From: the human T2T-CHM13v2.0 reference genome, Homo sapiens
Strand: one strand, 5' to 3'
DNA: 64,000 nucleotides
Assembly: GCF_009914755.1 (NCBI RefSeq)
Contig: NC_060945.1
Shown: positions 29,480 through 42,780 of the stretch, one piece after another
How positions within the stretch are numbered: position 1 is the first letter of the stretch
How the letters are laid out: each line of letters starts with the position of its first letter
Program-made: the position numbers and the translations under genes
The notes under the pieces: model-generated
The model's database searches: none
The model's input: the letters and a program-made list of their open reading frames with translations, nothing else
Told to the model about the DNA's origin: nothing

Positions 29480-30355
29480 ATATTTGTATCCAGATATAAA
29501 TTAACTTGGATGTTTGAAAGTGAATTTCTAATCTTTCTCCACCGCATCTAATCTGTTCCACTTTTCCATCTCAATTGACGGCTAATACATCCTGTTAGTT
29601 TTCCCGTCAAGTTCCCTTTGAGTTACCTTTGACATCTCCCTTTCTTTCGCAATCTGTATCTCTTCTGCCTGCATGATTTTTTACTTTTAGGATGTACCCA
29701 GAATTTTATCACTTATCACCACATCCATTGCTCTACCTTGGATTAAATTTTCATCCTATTTTATTACCTGAAATAGCATTCAGGGTTTCAAATTCATTCA
29801 TTTCTAAGTCATATTATGTTTTCCTTTTGCTCAAAAATCATTCATAGATTTCTTATCTCACTCAAAGAAGAATGAATGGCTATAAAAATGGATGACAGGG
29901 ATGATCAGGAAACAGCTTCCAACTCAAATCTGGTGTCATCTTCCACTGGGTCTCTGATCCTGATCACATGGGCCTCCCCAATCTTTTAAATCAAACCAAG
30001 CCTGCCCAAACCTTCAGGACGTGTTAATTCCTAGGCTGTCTATCTTAAATGTTCTCTCCTCTAGTATTTACCTGACTTACTTATCAACTTCAAGTCTTTT
30101 GTCAAATGTAACCTGTGAAAGAGGCATAACCACCATATTTAAAATTATTCTCTTTCCCTACTCATTGGCTCTCCACTTTGATAGTGCTTTTCACCATCTA
30201 ATGTACTACACTTGTTATTCAATTTGTTTACATTCTCTCACTCTATCAAAAGAATATAAATTGTAAAAAGGTAGAAATACTTGTCTGTTTTGTTCAACTC
30301 TTTATGCCCAGTGCTTAGAAGAGAGGACAGCAACTACTAGACGTTAAATAAAAGG
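29480..30355 (+). mobile_element. L2a 3' end remnant
   Basis: Ends TTGTCTGTTTTGTTCAACTCTTTATGCCCAGTGCTTAGAAG...AAATAAA, typical of the L2 3' terminus. Confidence 0.65.
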
Positions 30356-30715
30356 CTATACAGTTACATTCATAACTGAACAATTAATGAATTAATCTAA
30401 CACACAATGTGAAAATTTTAAAAGAGAACAAACTTAAACTTTATAAAAAGATGTTAAAAAATATACATCAATAACATTCAATCCCCTTTTGTGGATAAGA
30501 ATAATCAACACTATAAACATCAATCTTATCAAATAAGTTTATAGAATTAATGTCATTTAAATCAAAATGGCAATAGCATTTTTTTAACTTGGTAAACTTA
30601 TTAACATTACGTAAAATAGCAAAAAAAAAAGCAAAGATAGTCAAGATACACTCAAAGAAGGATACACTGGTGGCATTTGCTCTATCACATAGCAATTGTA
30701 ATTATACATAAACGG

Positions 30716-31225
30716 TGTGGTAGGCAGCATCTAAGATGGAATTCAATGATTGCCACTTCCTAGTTTTCACATCGTGGTATTCATGCCTTATGTACCCCTT
30801 TTGTAAGTGTTTCGAGGGTTTATTAACTCGTGTGTCATAAACAGCACAGGGAAGATACAAACGTGATGTCACTTTAGAGAACAGGTAATTAAAAGACTGG
30901 TTTTGTTTGGGCATGCACCCCCTCATCTCCCTTAGATTTCTCTCTCTCTCTGGGAATCCAGCTGCATTAGGCAGCCCTGGGGAAAGGCTCAAGTGGTAAA
31001 GGACCAACTTAGGACCTGGATCCTCCCCGAAGTTGAACAGTCAAATCACACTGCAGTCCCAGTCAATGCTTGCAATACATCCTCATGACAGACCTTGAGC
31101 CAGAGGCACACAATGAAGTCATGCTTGGATTGCTGACCAAAGATTGTTGAGATAATAAGGTTTTGTTGTTATCAGAGTTTAAGATCGAGGATAATTTGTC
31201 ATGCAGCACTAGATGACTAAATTTC
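30716..31225 (+). mobile_element. MLT1E/F-type MaLR LTR inserted in an L1M fragment
   Basis: TGTGGTAGGCAGCATCTAAGATGG...TTGTCATGCAGCACTAGATGACTAA. Confidence 0.75.
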
Positions 31226-33014
31226 ATAGTAGTCAGGAAAGTCATATGATAAGGTCATCTATACATGTTAAAAGGAAGAAAACATCCAGAAAGATATCTA
31301 TGCATCGAAAGAATTTTGATGCATAGATATAGAATTTAAAATAGATGTGGAATTACAGATTTTAAAAAGAAAGTAATTCTGCTGATTGCTGACTTGTGTC
31401 TAATTGAATTTAAAATATGTGATATTTGTCTTTTAAAAATGCATAAGTGAATGGAAAAATAATAACCAATCAAGAGTGCCACTTATTTCCTTGGTACTTA
31501 TGCATTGAAGGCTTATTCCCAGCTTGTGAAAGGTCGAATCATTATGGCAAAATTCTCATTGTTACTGGAATATCAAATGATTTAGCATATTGGTACTGAC
31601 AGAAGAATTTCATTGAATTATCAGATGCACTCAACCAAAATTTAAATACAACAAAACCAATTGCATGTCTGTTGCTTCATCGTTTAAGCTCATTTGTCTT
31701 AAGTACATGGGAAAAATCAAGGAAAAAGTCAGAAAATAATTTTACTCATTCACCAGAATACTGCCATTATTTTTGTGGATTAAAAACTTTATAAATTACC
31801 TGATGTTAATGGCAACAGTAGTCTTACTAGCCTACCATAACAAATAGAGCATGAATACCTATTTATTACCTACTATCTTTATAAGTGTACATATGTTTTT
31901 ACCTGGTTAATCATTGACATTCACTGGAGGATGCAGTGGTCATTGGCACCAAGGATCACATATTTTACACAGAAACTTGAGCAACAGAGGTCAAGTACCT
32001 TATCAAAAATCACACAATAATTTCATGTGTAAAAGAACAAAAACCTGTTCCATTTCTCATGAAGAAGGCAAATTGCTTTGTTATTATATACAAATTCTTT
32101 AAAAATTAAATGTTACATATAACCAATCACTGTTTTTGGTCACTAATTTTTGTGTTAATGTCAATAAACTATGAACTTAGAATAAATTTCTAAATTTCTA
32201 TTTTCTTTCTATACTTGTCTATTCTCTTAGGCTTCATGTTTCTGTAACATAGGATATAAGCATCAAAATAATATCCAACAGTGTAAAGTTTCTCCATTTT
32301 AAGTCACTGAATTTATGGGCTATAAAAATAAGAGATTAAACTATAGCTTTGTCAGAGCATAAAGAAAAGTCTCAAAGTATCTGACCTCGTCAACTTAATA
32401 TGAGTTAGTATCCATAAAGAATGATGAAAAGCTATTAATTGAAAAATATGAATATATAATAAAAAATTTAATAGCAGTTTAAGGTTCTCATCATCTGTTG
32501 ATAATGTATAATTTTAGGAATTATTCTGGCAAATTGTCAGGCTTAATTTTATGATAGAGATATTGATTTACATGTAATTATCTTAGCAATATATTTTGCA
32601 ATTAAATATAGAGTGGATTTAGCTTCTTTGACAACTTCCAGGAAACTTGGTAGCATGAGACTATACATATATAATATTTGTCATATACAAGTATGTATAT
32701 ATATTCTCGACCTTGCCTTCTTCAGAAAATGATTGATGGAAATTCTAGGAATTAATGTTCTTATAACAGGTTATTTAAAAGAAATTCCTTTAATTTCACC
32801 TATGATGCAAACCGCAAGACAATAAAATATCAGCTATTCTTATATGAAAGTGAGGTAAGTTCATTCTTCAGGATAAGCAAAGAACTTTCCGGTAAATGAG
32901 TCTGTGACTCTTCTAACATCACTCACATTCAGGATACAAAATGATCAGGACTGGGAGGTTACAACAGAACGTGGTCCATGAAAGAAAAATCAAACAAATT
33001 AGATTTTATCACAA

Positions 33015-34175
33015 CAGACTGGACTTGATTAAAATTAGAAACTTTTGCTTTGCAGAAGACCATGTTAATTAGATGAAAAACCACAGAATGGGAGAAAATA
33101 TTTGCAAATCACATAACTAACAAAAGATTTGTATGTGAAATATATAAAGAGCACTCTACAGTCAGCAGTAAGAAAACGACAATCCAATTAGAACATGTGC
33201 AAACAAGTTTAACAGACACTTTCATTTAAAAAGATAGACATTTAGAAAATAAGCACATTAAAAGGATGTTTAACACCAATAGTCATGAGGCAAAGGCAAA
33301 CTAAAGCTTAATGATATGAGATATCACTACTCACCCATTAGAATAGCTGAAATTAAAAATATAGCAATTGCTGGTCAGAATACAGAGAAATTGAATCCTT
33401 CATATGTTGCTGGTAAGAATGTAAAATGAAACAGCCATTCTGGAAAACAGTTTTGTAGTTTCTTATAAAACAAAACTATACAAATGCCATACAACCCAGC
33501 AATAACACTGTTGAATATTTATCCTAGAATAATTAAAAACTACGTTTCCAGACAAACCTGTACATCATTGTTCGTAGCAGTTTGGGGCTCATACAAGTTC
33601 CACACTGGATACAACCCAAATGTTCCTTAATGGGTGAATGTACAAATTGTGGTAGACACATGCAATTGAATACTACTTGGCAATAAAAAGGAGGGAACTA
33701 TTGACTTACACAACTTTGATGTATTTTAAAGTCATTAGATTGATTTTTAAAGGCCATCCCTAAAATTTACTTTATGATTTTATTTACATAACTTTCTTGA
33801 AGTTGCACAATCGTGTGAATAGAGAGATTAGTATTTTCATGGGTTAGGGTTTGGGGGCATTTTTAACACAAGGAAGTTTCTTTAAGATGATGGTACAGTT
33901 TTTGTTTTCTGCTGTGATGGTGCATACGTACATCTATATGTGTGATAAAATTACATAGAATTATATAATATAAATTTGCATGTAAAAACGGAAAGACTCT
34001 GAATAAGATCTGTACTCATGTTCATAGAATTGTACCAATGTCAATTTCCTGGCTTTGACAATGTACCATGGTTATGTAACATCTTGTAATTGAGGGAATT
34101 TGACAAAATATATTGATAACTCTGCATTGTTTACACAGTATTTTGTGTCATTTTCAATATAAAAAGGTATAAAAA
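33015..34175 (+). mobile_element. L1M (MC/MD-type) ORF2 end and 3' UTR
   Basis: GAATGGGAGAAAATATTTGCAAATCAC, GAGATATCACTACTCACCCATTAGAATAGC, TGTACCAATGTCAATTTCCTGG. Confidence 0.75.
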
Positions 34176-34766
34176 TGACTCACTCTAAAATCCAATTGAA
34201 GTGTTAAAATAATCATGATTGGGTATTTATGGTTGCATTGGTTCTATTGATTTTCACCTTTACATTTGTGAAAAGTTTGTGGTAACAAAGTGTAACCCTT
34301 CACTGTGTTTGCATCTCTCCCCCTCATGCCCTCCCTGCTCCAACAATAATGGAGGTTAGAAGGTACTTGTTTCTCCCTTCAATCCTAGAAAGTGGAGCTT
34401 TGCTGAGACCACATGGAACACTTGATATACTTTATTTGTGTTTTGAAGAACTCAGAAGACCTATGACTGACTCCCCCTTAAACATGGTTAATGAAAGAGA
34501 AGGTAGCTGAGTAGGTTCTCTCCTATGGGAGAAAGAAAACATGGACTGCGTTATGGCTGTCCTGTTTTCCCAACATGGATCCAGAGAGAGAGATTGTATG
34601 AGAGAAAAAGAGTGCAGAACTAGGATGGAGTCTGGTGGAAATAATTCATAGAATATCAAGTCTAAAGGTTTCCAAAGTTATTGCATCTTTCAAATTATGT
34701 TTGGCATATAAATCTAAAGCTGACTAACTTCATTTAAGAAGTAATGTCATTTTTATGTGGTTACAG

Positions 34767-34840
34767 AAATTCCAGGAATATATTATGTTTGAAATACATA
34801 ATTTCCGTAAATTCCAGGAATATGTTATGTTTGAAATACA
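34767..34840. repeat. Tandem duplication, two 32-bp copies with 42-bp period
   Basis: AAATTCCAGGAATATATTATGTTTGAAATACA (34767) and AAATTCCAGGAATATGTTATGTTTGAAATACA (34809), 1 mismatch. Confidence 0.9.
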
Positions 34841-34906
34841 CAAAGGATTACTGTGAGTCTTAAGAGTTTTTGTTTGTTGGTTGGTTGGTTGGTTGGTTTG
34901 TTTTCC

Positions 34907-35203
34907 AGCCAGGTGTGGTGGCTGACACCTGTAATTCTAGCACTATTGGGGGCCGAGGTGGGCGAATCACCTGAGGTCGGGAGTTCGAGACCAGCCTAGC
35001 CAATGTGGCAAAACCCCGTCTCTACTAAAAATACAAAAATTAGCAGGGCATGGTGGCACACACCTGTAATCCCAGCTACTCAGGAGTCTGAGGCAGGAGA
35101 ATACCTTGAACCTGGGAGGTGGAGGCAGCAGTCAGTTCAGACTGCACCACTGCACTCCAGCCTGGGTGACAGAGGGAGACTCTGTCTCAAAAAGAAAAAA
35201 AAA
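34907..35203 (+). mobile_element. AluS SINE
   Basis: Full dimer with TACTAAAAATACAAAAATTAGC linker and A tail; preceded by a (TTGG)n tract at ~34877-34897. Confidence 0.93.
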
Positions 35204-38200
35204 TTCTTTTTTTTTTTTTTCTCCTCTCTCTACTACTCTAAAACTCCTGGGACCTTTTACTGTCTTTCCTGTTCTCCTGACACTCCATCCCTGGAAAACT
35301 AAGGTTTCTTTTCTGACTGCTTCCTTTGGGTTCTACCCGATTTAATTGGTGCATTTATTTCTTTCCATTGAGAGAAGAGATTAAAACAGCTCAATTTTCA
35401 TGTCCAAACACTCTTTTACAAGTGTAGAAAAAAGTTATGAACACTGACACACTGATATTTTTATTCTTCACATTTACCTGTTAATTGGTGAAATTCATAT
35501 AATTTTTGAATTTACAATAATTGTATTTGGGAATTTTTGGCCTTCATACACATTACTTTTCTCATGCTACACATTATTCAACAGTAAATTTGCAAGAACC
35601 TGAGTAATTCCTGAAATTCTAAAATAAATGTTGATCAGTGTCTATTTCTAACATTTACTACTGAGACCTTTATTTAAATGAAACAACTTAAAGATTATGA
35701 GCCAATTTAAAGTAATTGAACAGTAATAAGGCCGTAACTTTAATGTGATCATATTAAAGGTAATAATTCATTTACAAGCTTGATTTGTATTATTGGTAGT
35801 ATATTATTTCTAAATAAATTAACAGTAAATTTCCGAACTCATTTATTAGACACTTTAAAAAGCCTTGCTAATTCTACTATTTATCATTTAGATTTTGTCA
35901 GTATTAAAGTTTTATTTGTATCATCTTTTGAAAAAATATTTGTGGTATATGAGTATAATTAATATACTAATGGGAATAGTTAGTACCCCAATCAGTAATG
36001 TAAGGCACCAGCATAAAAATTAAGTGATTAAAAAAATCTACTTAAGAACAAATAAAAATAATATGTATTTTAGGGCTGATAAAATAAATTTCATATATTT
36101 TAAAAATGTTTATTTTTCTAATTATATAAACCACTACTAAATACATAATTAAGTGGCTAACACTTTCTCCTTCTGGTAACAGAACATGAATACCTTTTAA
36201 TACTTCTTAATTACAGTATAATATTTTGTTCTTAAACTTAGGATTTGTTGTTTTCAAAGTAATGTTGAAAAATAACTGTATCTGTTATTAATTCTGAGCC
36301 ATCTTACAAAATTGCAACATGCTAAAAAGCTTTATGTTTGAAGGCTGTAGTAGTGAACATTCTAAAGTTGACATAATACCTAGTGTTTATTCGCTCCTTA
36401 ATAACGTTAAGTATTAATCAAAATTTCTGAACTTGCATATCAATTTTCCATGATAGCATTTAGCAAATTATTTTTGACTTGTTTTCCTCTACATTATTTT
36501 AAAATTTACATTCTATTTTAAAATAAATAAGGTGAGAAGGCTTGATTTAAGAGAATATAGAAAGTGTGGATGGTATTCTTGACCAAAAGAACGTCATGAA
36601 TGAGATGGGCTGTTCTAGACTGCATGGGACCCTACCAGTGATGAAGATAGGACTATAGGCTGTCATGTGGTTGTTTGTTCCATGCCAAGCAGCTTTGCTT
36701 TGATCTCTATCATATATTGGCTGCTGCACGCAATTCCACTTGGGGAAAACAAAAAACACCACTGAATTCTCCCATTGGCTTAGGAGTTAATCTGCATTCC
36801 ATGAAGGACTCCTAGACTTCATGCAGAATTTGGAAGGGTCAAATTTTTTATTCTGTTGACCTAATGCTTCGTATTTTTGAAAATCTTATTCTTTGGCTCT
36901 TTACTTCCTGTGGTTTTGATTACTTTCATGTTTAGTAAATATGACTTTTTTTTTCTTCTAATGATAAATTCTTTTCTTTAAATAGAAAAAAATTATAATA
37001 CTAACAAGCAAGGTATTGTAGCAGTTAAAAGACAAAAACTTTCAGGAGCATTTTTGTTTCACTTTGTTTTCCTTTGTTTTTTAATTGTTGGCTATACTTA
37101 CAAAGAATTAGAAAAACAAGATTAGGAATGTAAGTAATTTAGGAGAAAATAGTCTCTCAGAAACACATGCAGATTTAGACACAAAAACTCAGAAGATAGC
37201 ATAGTGTTTAGTCTATAATTGGTATTCTTTAAATTTCTTATTTTATCGTTTTTGTTTGTTTAGTTGTTTATACTTTAGCAGTTTTCTTCTGACAGTACTT
37301 TTTGTTTGTTTTTTTGGTATAGAGAGCACATATATATATTGTCCAGGTTTTACTGGTCCCAATTTGGGAATGTAGCTTGTTTTTCACAGAGGAGAATCAG
37401 TAAGTTTTCCTTATATTTCTGTCTAACCAATCCATCATAAACATCAATATGTCACAATATTTTGGGGTACAATTTACTACTAGGATCTGTGGGTAGAGCA
37501 AACTAAAAAGATGAAATATTTTCCTTGGTGCAGCATAACCAGAAATCTGTGATTTATTTAGATTCATTTTATTATGAAAACAAGAAAAGTCAAGAATTGG
37601 ATATTGTCTAGTCTGTTCTCACCTTACAGAGTGATGACATCATACACAAGAGAGGGTGCACAAAGACCAGAAAGCCTTCTCCTTACACTTGAGGCAGTGT
37701 TAGGAGATAGCCCGTTATATGTTGAAGGTCAGAAATATCTCAATTGTCATTATTATTTAAGATATTAAAATTAACTGTTTTGGGGACATGCTTACAATAC
37801 TAAAATACTCTAAAAATGTCCACAACCAGAAGACATAGCTGATTAAAAATAGAAAGGTATATAATTAGTGAAAGATAAGATACTCTAGGTGACATTAAAA
37901 TTATATTAATATGAAAACAGTGTGCTCAGTTACGTACATACCTTGAGAATTTAGAAGCCAGATATTACAACCCTAAATTCCAGTTTTAGGTTCATCCACT
38001 TTCATTATTATAGCCAATAGTTAAATTTTCCTATAAATACATTTAAAAGTGATTTTTTTAAATATCAGGATTCAATAATTTTTTATCTGACATTTGCAGC
38101 ATACATTTCCCAAAATTATTTTATTTGTAATACCTTTCTAATATACTAATTTATTTTGCTTCCTGTTCAATCTTGCTCCAGCAAATTTTGTATCATTTCA

Positions 38201-39028
38201 TTTCTCCCAATGCCATCAAAAGAGTGTGAAGCAATAAGATACGATGCAAAGTATATTTCTAAGGGATGATTTCTTATCTCCCCAGTATTGTAACTAGAAG
38301 GCTAAAAGCTTTTTCTTCCTACTTTTAAAAACAAGACTGCTGGAGTCAGATAACTTTCCATAGAGTCTACTAGTAGCAGACTCTTACTAGTAAGCTCCAT
38401 GTCTGCCGTTGATCGCCTTACCCTCAGTGCTTTCTCTCAGGTAGTAGTTTATGTATTGCCCTGTTTTACCTACATGACATTGACAAAATGAATTTGTGAT
38501 TATCAAATAAAATTCTTTACTCTTATTTGCACACTACTTATCATTTTATTTTTAAGAATTAATGTCTGTAATATAAAGATACTGAATGTCACAGGGCAAG
38601 TTTCTGATCTCCTTGGTGCTTAGAATTCTTAACTGTGTGACTTGCACTTGTACCCAGTAACACTTAAGGATACTTATGCTGAAGACCACGAAAGCTGGCA
38701 AGTTAAATGTATTATCTGACTGCAAAGGGTAATTTGAATCTAATAGGTTGGATTCTGTCTTGCATATATATAATTCGCAAGAAGCAAATCTTGTTACTGG
38801 TTTTAAGAAAATTCTAACTTTTTTAAACTAGAGAAACCAGAGAACTCCAAAGTTTAATAGTAACTTGAGTAGATTAGAAAATAATTTAAAACTTCAGCAA
38901 AATGATAGACATTGCAGATCAATAGCCCTTTTTATTAATGTAAATGGCACATTATTTTTGCCTAGAAAGCATTTTTACAAATATTTTGAAATTTCACATC
39001 ATTTTACTTTTATTTAAGAAAAAGTTCC

Positions 39029-39516
39029 TGTATTACCCAATATTCTGAAAAAAACAAACACTCACACACACACACACACAGGAGATAGGTAGATAGATAT
39101 ATAGATAAGGAGGAAATTTATTAGTGGAATTGGCTTGTGTGATTACGGAGGGTGAGAACTCCCATGATATGCCATCTGTCTCAAGCTGAAGAACCTGGAA
39201 ACCTGGGGTTTAGCACCTAATCCCGGAGTCCAAAGGCCTGAGAAGCAGGAGCTCTAATGTCTGAGATCACTAACAGGAGAAAAAGGTGGAGGTTCCAGCC
39301 CGAGAGACAGAGAAAGAATTTGCACCTCCTCTCCCTTTTTTCAGAAGGGCCCTCAAAGATTGGATGGTACCAGTCTACGTTGGTGAGGGGGAATCTTCTT
39401 TACTCAGTCTACTGGTTCAAATGCCAATCTCTTCTGGAAAACGCTACATAATGTTTTACCACCTATGTAGGTAACACTTAACTCAGACAAGTTGACACAT
39501 AAAATTAACTAATGTA
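39029..39516 (-). mobile_element. MLT2B-type ERVL solo LTR
   Basis: Internal CA/GATA microsatellite, GGAATTGGCTTGTGTGATTACGGAGG, ending CAAGTTGACACATAAAATTAAC; TSD GTTCC/TTTCC. Confidence 0.8.
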
Positions 39517-40402
39517 TTTCCTAAAATTTCATTTACCTAAACTTTGATGACTTAAGAGTATTAAAATTAAAATATCCAGAGACTTACTCCTCAAACATAT
39601 AACTATTTACACTTGCATTAAAATTTCAGGAGTTGATTTATGTGGTCTACCTAACAGGATAAATTAATAATGATGCCAACAGTTTTTATGTATTTTGGCT
39701 TTTCTATGTGCTATGTTATTTATACACAATGAATCTGATCTGTATTTCAACAAAGCTGTCTAAATTCAAAGTGTATGTACTTTTGCTGCTATACATTCCC
39801 ATATCATGATGTTTTCTATTTAAAAAATAACAAAACTATGAACTTGGTAGGAAAGTTTTGGTAAAATTTGTCAAGTACTTAGTTTCCAATGTTGTCTAAC
39901 ACAAATTCTAAAAAATCACTTAGGCCATTATGAAGAAAATTTTAATTTAAAGGTAATTAAATATAAAAGATAGCTTGAAATTGTAATCATGTTTAAAACA
40001 TTTAATTGGTTACAATATATTTTTGAAAGTGCTTAATTTTGAAGAATATGAAGTGTACATTTTACTTTTTATTTTCATTTTTTATAGCACACTGAAAAGA
40101 AAATTTTACATACATTCTAGTGTACACATTTTCTTTCAGATTTGATAGCTTTTGATCATTGTAATACGGACATTTCTGATAATTTGTAATATGGACAACC
40201 GAACCAGGAAATCCGGTGTTTTACAAGTTGAGAAAGTAGAAGCCACCTACCTATTACATTTTCCCTTCTTTTCATTTTGTAGTAAAATAAAATTTTACTC
40301 TGCTATTTGTTTTGGGGATAATGTGCCAAATGGCACCACATGCATAAGAAGTCAATGAAATAAAAATATACTTAGAAGCATGCCTATGTAAAAGCTATGT
40401 AT

Positions 40403-42140
40403 CTATGGCAACTAGCCTTATGAAATGTCTCAAGTAGTAAGACTTAAATGTCAAAATAACTTCTTATCCAGGCGTGGTGGCTCACGCCTGTAATTCCAGC
40501 ACTTTGGGAGGCTGAGGCAGGTGGATCATTTGAGGTCAGGGAGTTCAAGACAAGCCTGGCCAACATGGTGAAACGCTGTCTCTAATAAAAATACAAAAAT
40601 TAGCTGGGTAGCAGTGTCGTGCACCTGTAATCCCAGCTACTCAGGAGGCTGAGGCAGGACAATCACATGAGGCTGGGAGTTGGAGGTTGTGGTGAGCCGA
40701 GATTGCACCACTGCACACCAGTCTGGGCAACAGAGTGAGAACCTGTCTCAAAAAACAAAAGAAAAAACAAAAAACTACTTCTTGATCCATGGGCTGCAGA
40801 ATAGATGTGAGAGCAGGCATGAAAACAATATGAATCTCCTTGTATATCTCTGTCAGAGCTCTTGGGGACTAGGTGTATTGTCAATCAGCAGCAATATTTT
40901 GAAAATAATCTTTTTTTCTGAGCAGTAGTTCTCAACAGTGGTCTTAAACTATTCGGTCAACCATGCACTAAACAGATGTGCTGTTATCCAGGCTTTGTTT
41001 CATTTACAAAGCACAGGCAGCGCAGATTTAGCATCAATCTTCAGAGCACCAGAATTTTTGAAATGGTAAATGAGCGTTGACTTAGTTTTCAGCTAAATTA
41101 GTCCCTTCCAAGAAAGTAAACTCATCATTTGAAGCTTTGAAGCCAGGCATGGACTTCTCTCCTCTTGCTATGAAAGTCCAAAATGACATCTTCCAATAGA
41201 AGGCTGTTTTGTTTACAGTAAAAGCCTGTTATTTAGTGTAGCCACCTTCATAATTATTTCCTTTAGATCTTCTGGATAACTTACTGCAGCTTGTCTATCA
41301 GCACTTACTGCTTTACCTTTCACTTTTATGTTTTAGAGACAGCTTCTTTCCTTAAACTTCATGAATAAACCTCTGCTAGCTTCAAACTCTTCTGCAGCTT
41401 CTTCATCTCACCTAGGCTTTTAGAATTAAAGAGTGTTAGGGCCTTGCTCTGGATTAGGCTTTGGCTTAAGTAAGTGTTGTGGTTGGTTTGATTTATCCAG
41501 ATACCAAAGCAGGCTGTGTGCTTTCTTATCATTCATGTGTTCACTGAAGTAGCAATTTTAATTTATTTCAATAACTTTTCCCTTGCATTCACAACTCAGC
41601 TAATTGTTTGGCACAAGAGGCCTCACTTTCAGCCTATCTTGGTGTTCAACATGACTTCCTCAGTAAGCTTGTTCATTTCTAGCTTTTGATTTAAAGTGAG
41701 AGATGTGTGACTCTTTCTTTCACTTAAACACTTAGACATCATTGCAGGGTTACTAATTGGCCTAATTTCAATATTGTGTTTCAAGGAATAGGGAAGCCTG
41801 AGGGCTAGGAGAAAGAAAGGGGGAATGGTTATTCAGTGGAGCAGTCAGCATATATACATTTATCAATTAAGTTCACTGGCTTATATGGGCATGGTTTGTG
41901 GTGCCCTAAAAAGGTTACATAAAATCAATGATCACAGATTACAGATCGCCATAACATATAGTAATAATAATAATAATAATAATACAAGTTTGAAATACTG
42001 CGAGTTTTTCCACCATGTAACACAGAGTCATGAAGTTAGTACATGCAGTTGGCATGATGGCATCCATAGACTTCCTTGACAGGATTCCTGCAAACTTTCA
42101 ATTAGTAAAAACTGCAATATCTGTAAAGCGAAATTGCCTG
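40403..42140 (-). mobile_element. Tigger1 DNA transposon, 5' ~1.4 kb with decayed transposase, interrupted by an Alu
   Basis: Terminus ...GCCTG|TA at 42140. Minus strand near 41740 reads M-SKCLSERKSHTSLTLNQKLEM (Tigger1 transposase N-terminus). Confidence 0.85.
40466..40770 (+). mobile_element. AluS SINE inserted in Tigger1
   Basis: Full dimer; TSD AAAATAACTTCTT (40453-65) and AAAACTACTTCTT (40771-83). Confidence 0.92.
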
Positions 42141-42473
42141 TATTAAAGAAACTGCCTTCATCAGAACTTAGAAAAATGAAATATAGACCTACATTTTGTT
42201 TTACTTATTTCTGTTTAATATTTAATTCCAATACTGTAACCATAAAGCAATATTATTGCTAACGTGCTTCTAACTGTAATTGCATTTTAGTGAAAGATGA
42301 ATGTTTTTGTGGTTGTTTTTGTAATTACTATCATTCTTTGGTAGTTTCTATTTGTTTTTGCTCTTTAGTTACATTTTCAAGTTTTTTTAAGTTTTTTTTT
42401 TAATTAGTGAGGTAAGCTTAGTACAATTTAAACCTCTCATACAGACTTTAATAATTAAAAAAAACAAAATTAT

Positions 42474-42780
42474 GACCAAGCACGGTGGCTCATTCCTGTA
42501 ATCCCAGCAATTTGAGAGGCCAGTGTGGGAAGATTGCTTGAGTCCATGCATTTGAGACCAGCCTGGTCACTACAGTGCAACCCTGTCTCTATAAAAAATT
42601 AAAATATTAGGCGGGCATGGTGGTGCATGGCTGTAGTCCCAGCTATAGTCCCAGCTATTCAGGAGGCTGAGGCAGGATGATTGCTTAAGCCAAGGACTTC
42701 AAGGGTGTAGTAATCTATCATCACACCACTGCACTCCAGGCTGGCAAGAGAGCAGGACTCTGTCTTGGAAAACAAAAACA
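42474..42780 (+). mobile_element. AluJ SINE
   Basis: GGGAAGATTGCTTGAGTCC (J-type); internal duplication TAGTCCCAGCTA x2; TSD-like CAAAATTAT/CAAAATCAT. Confidence 0.88.
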
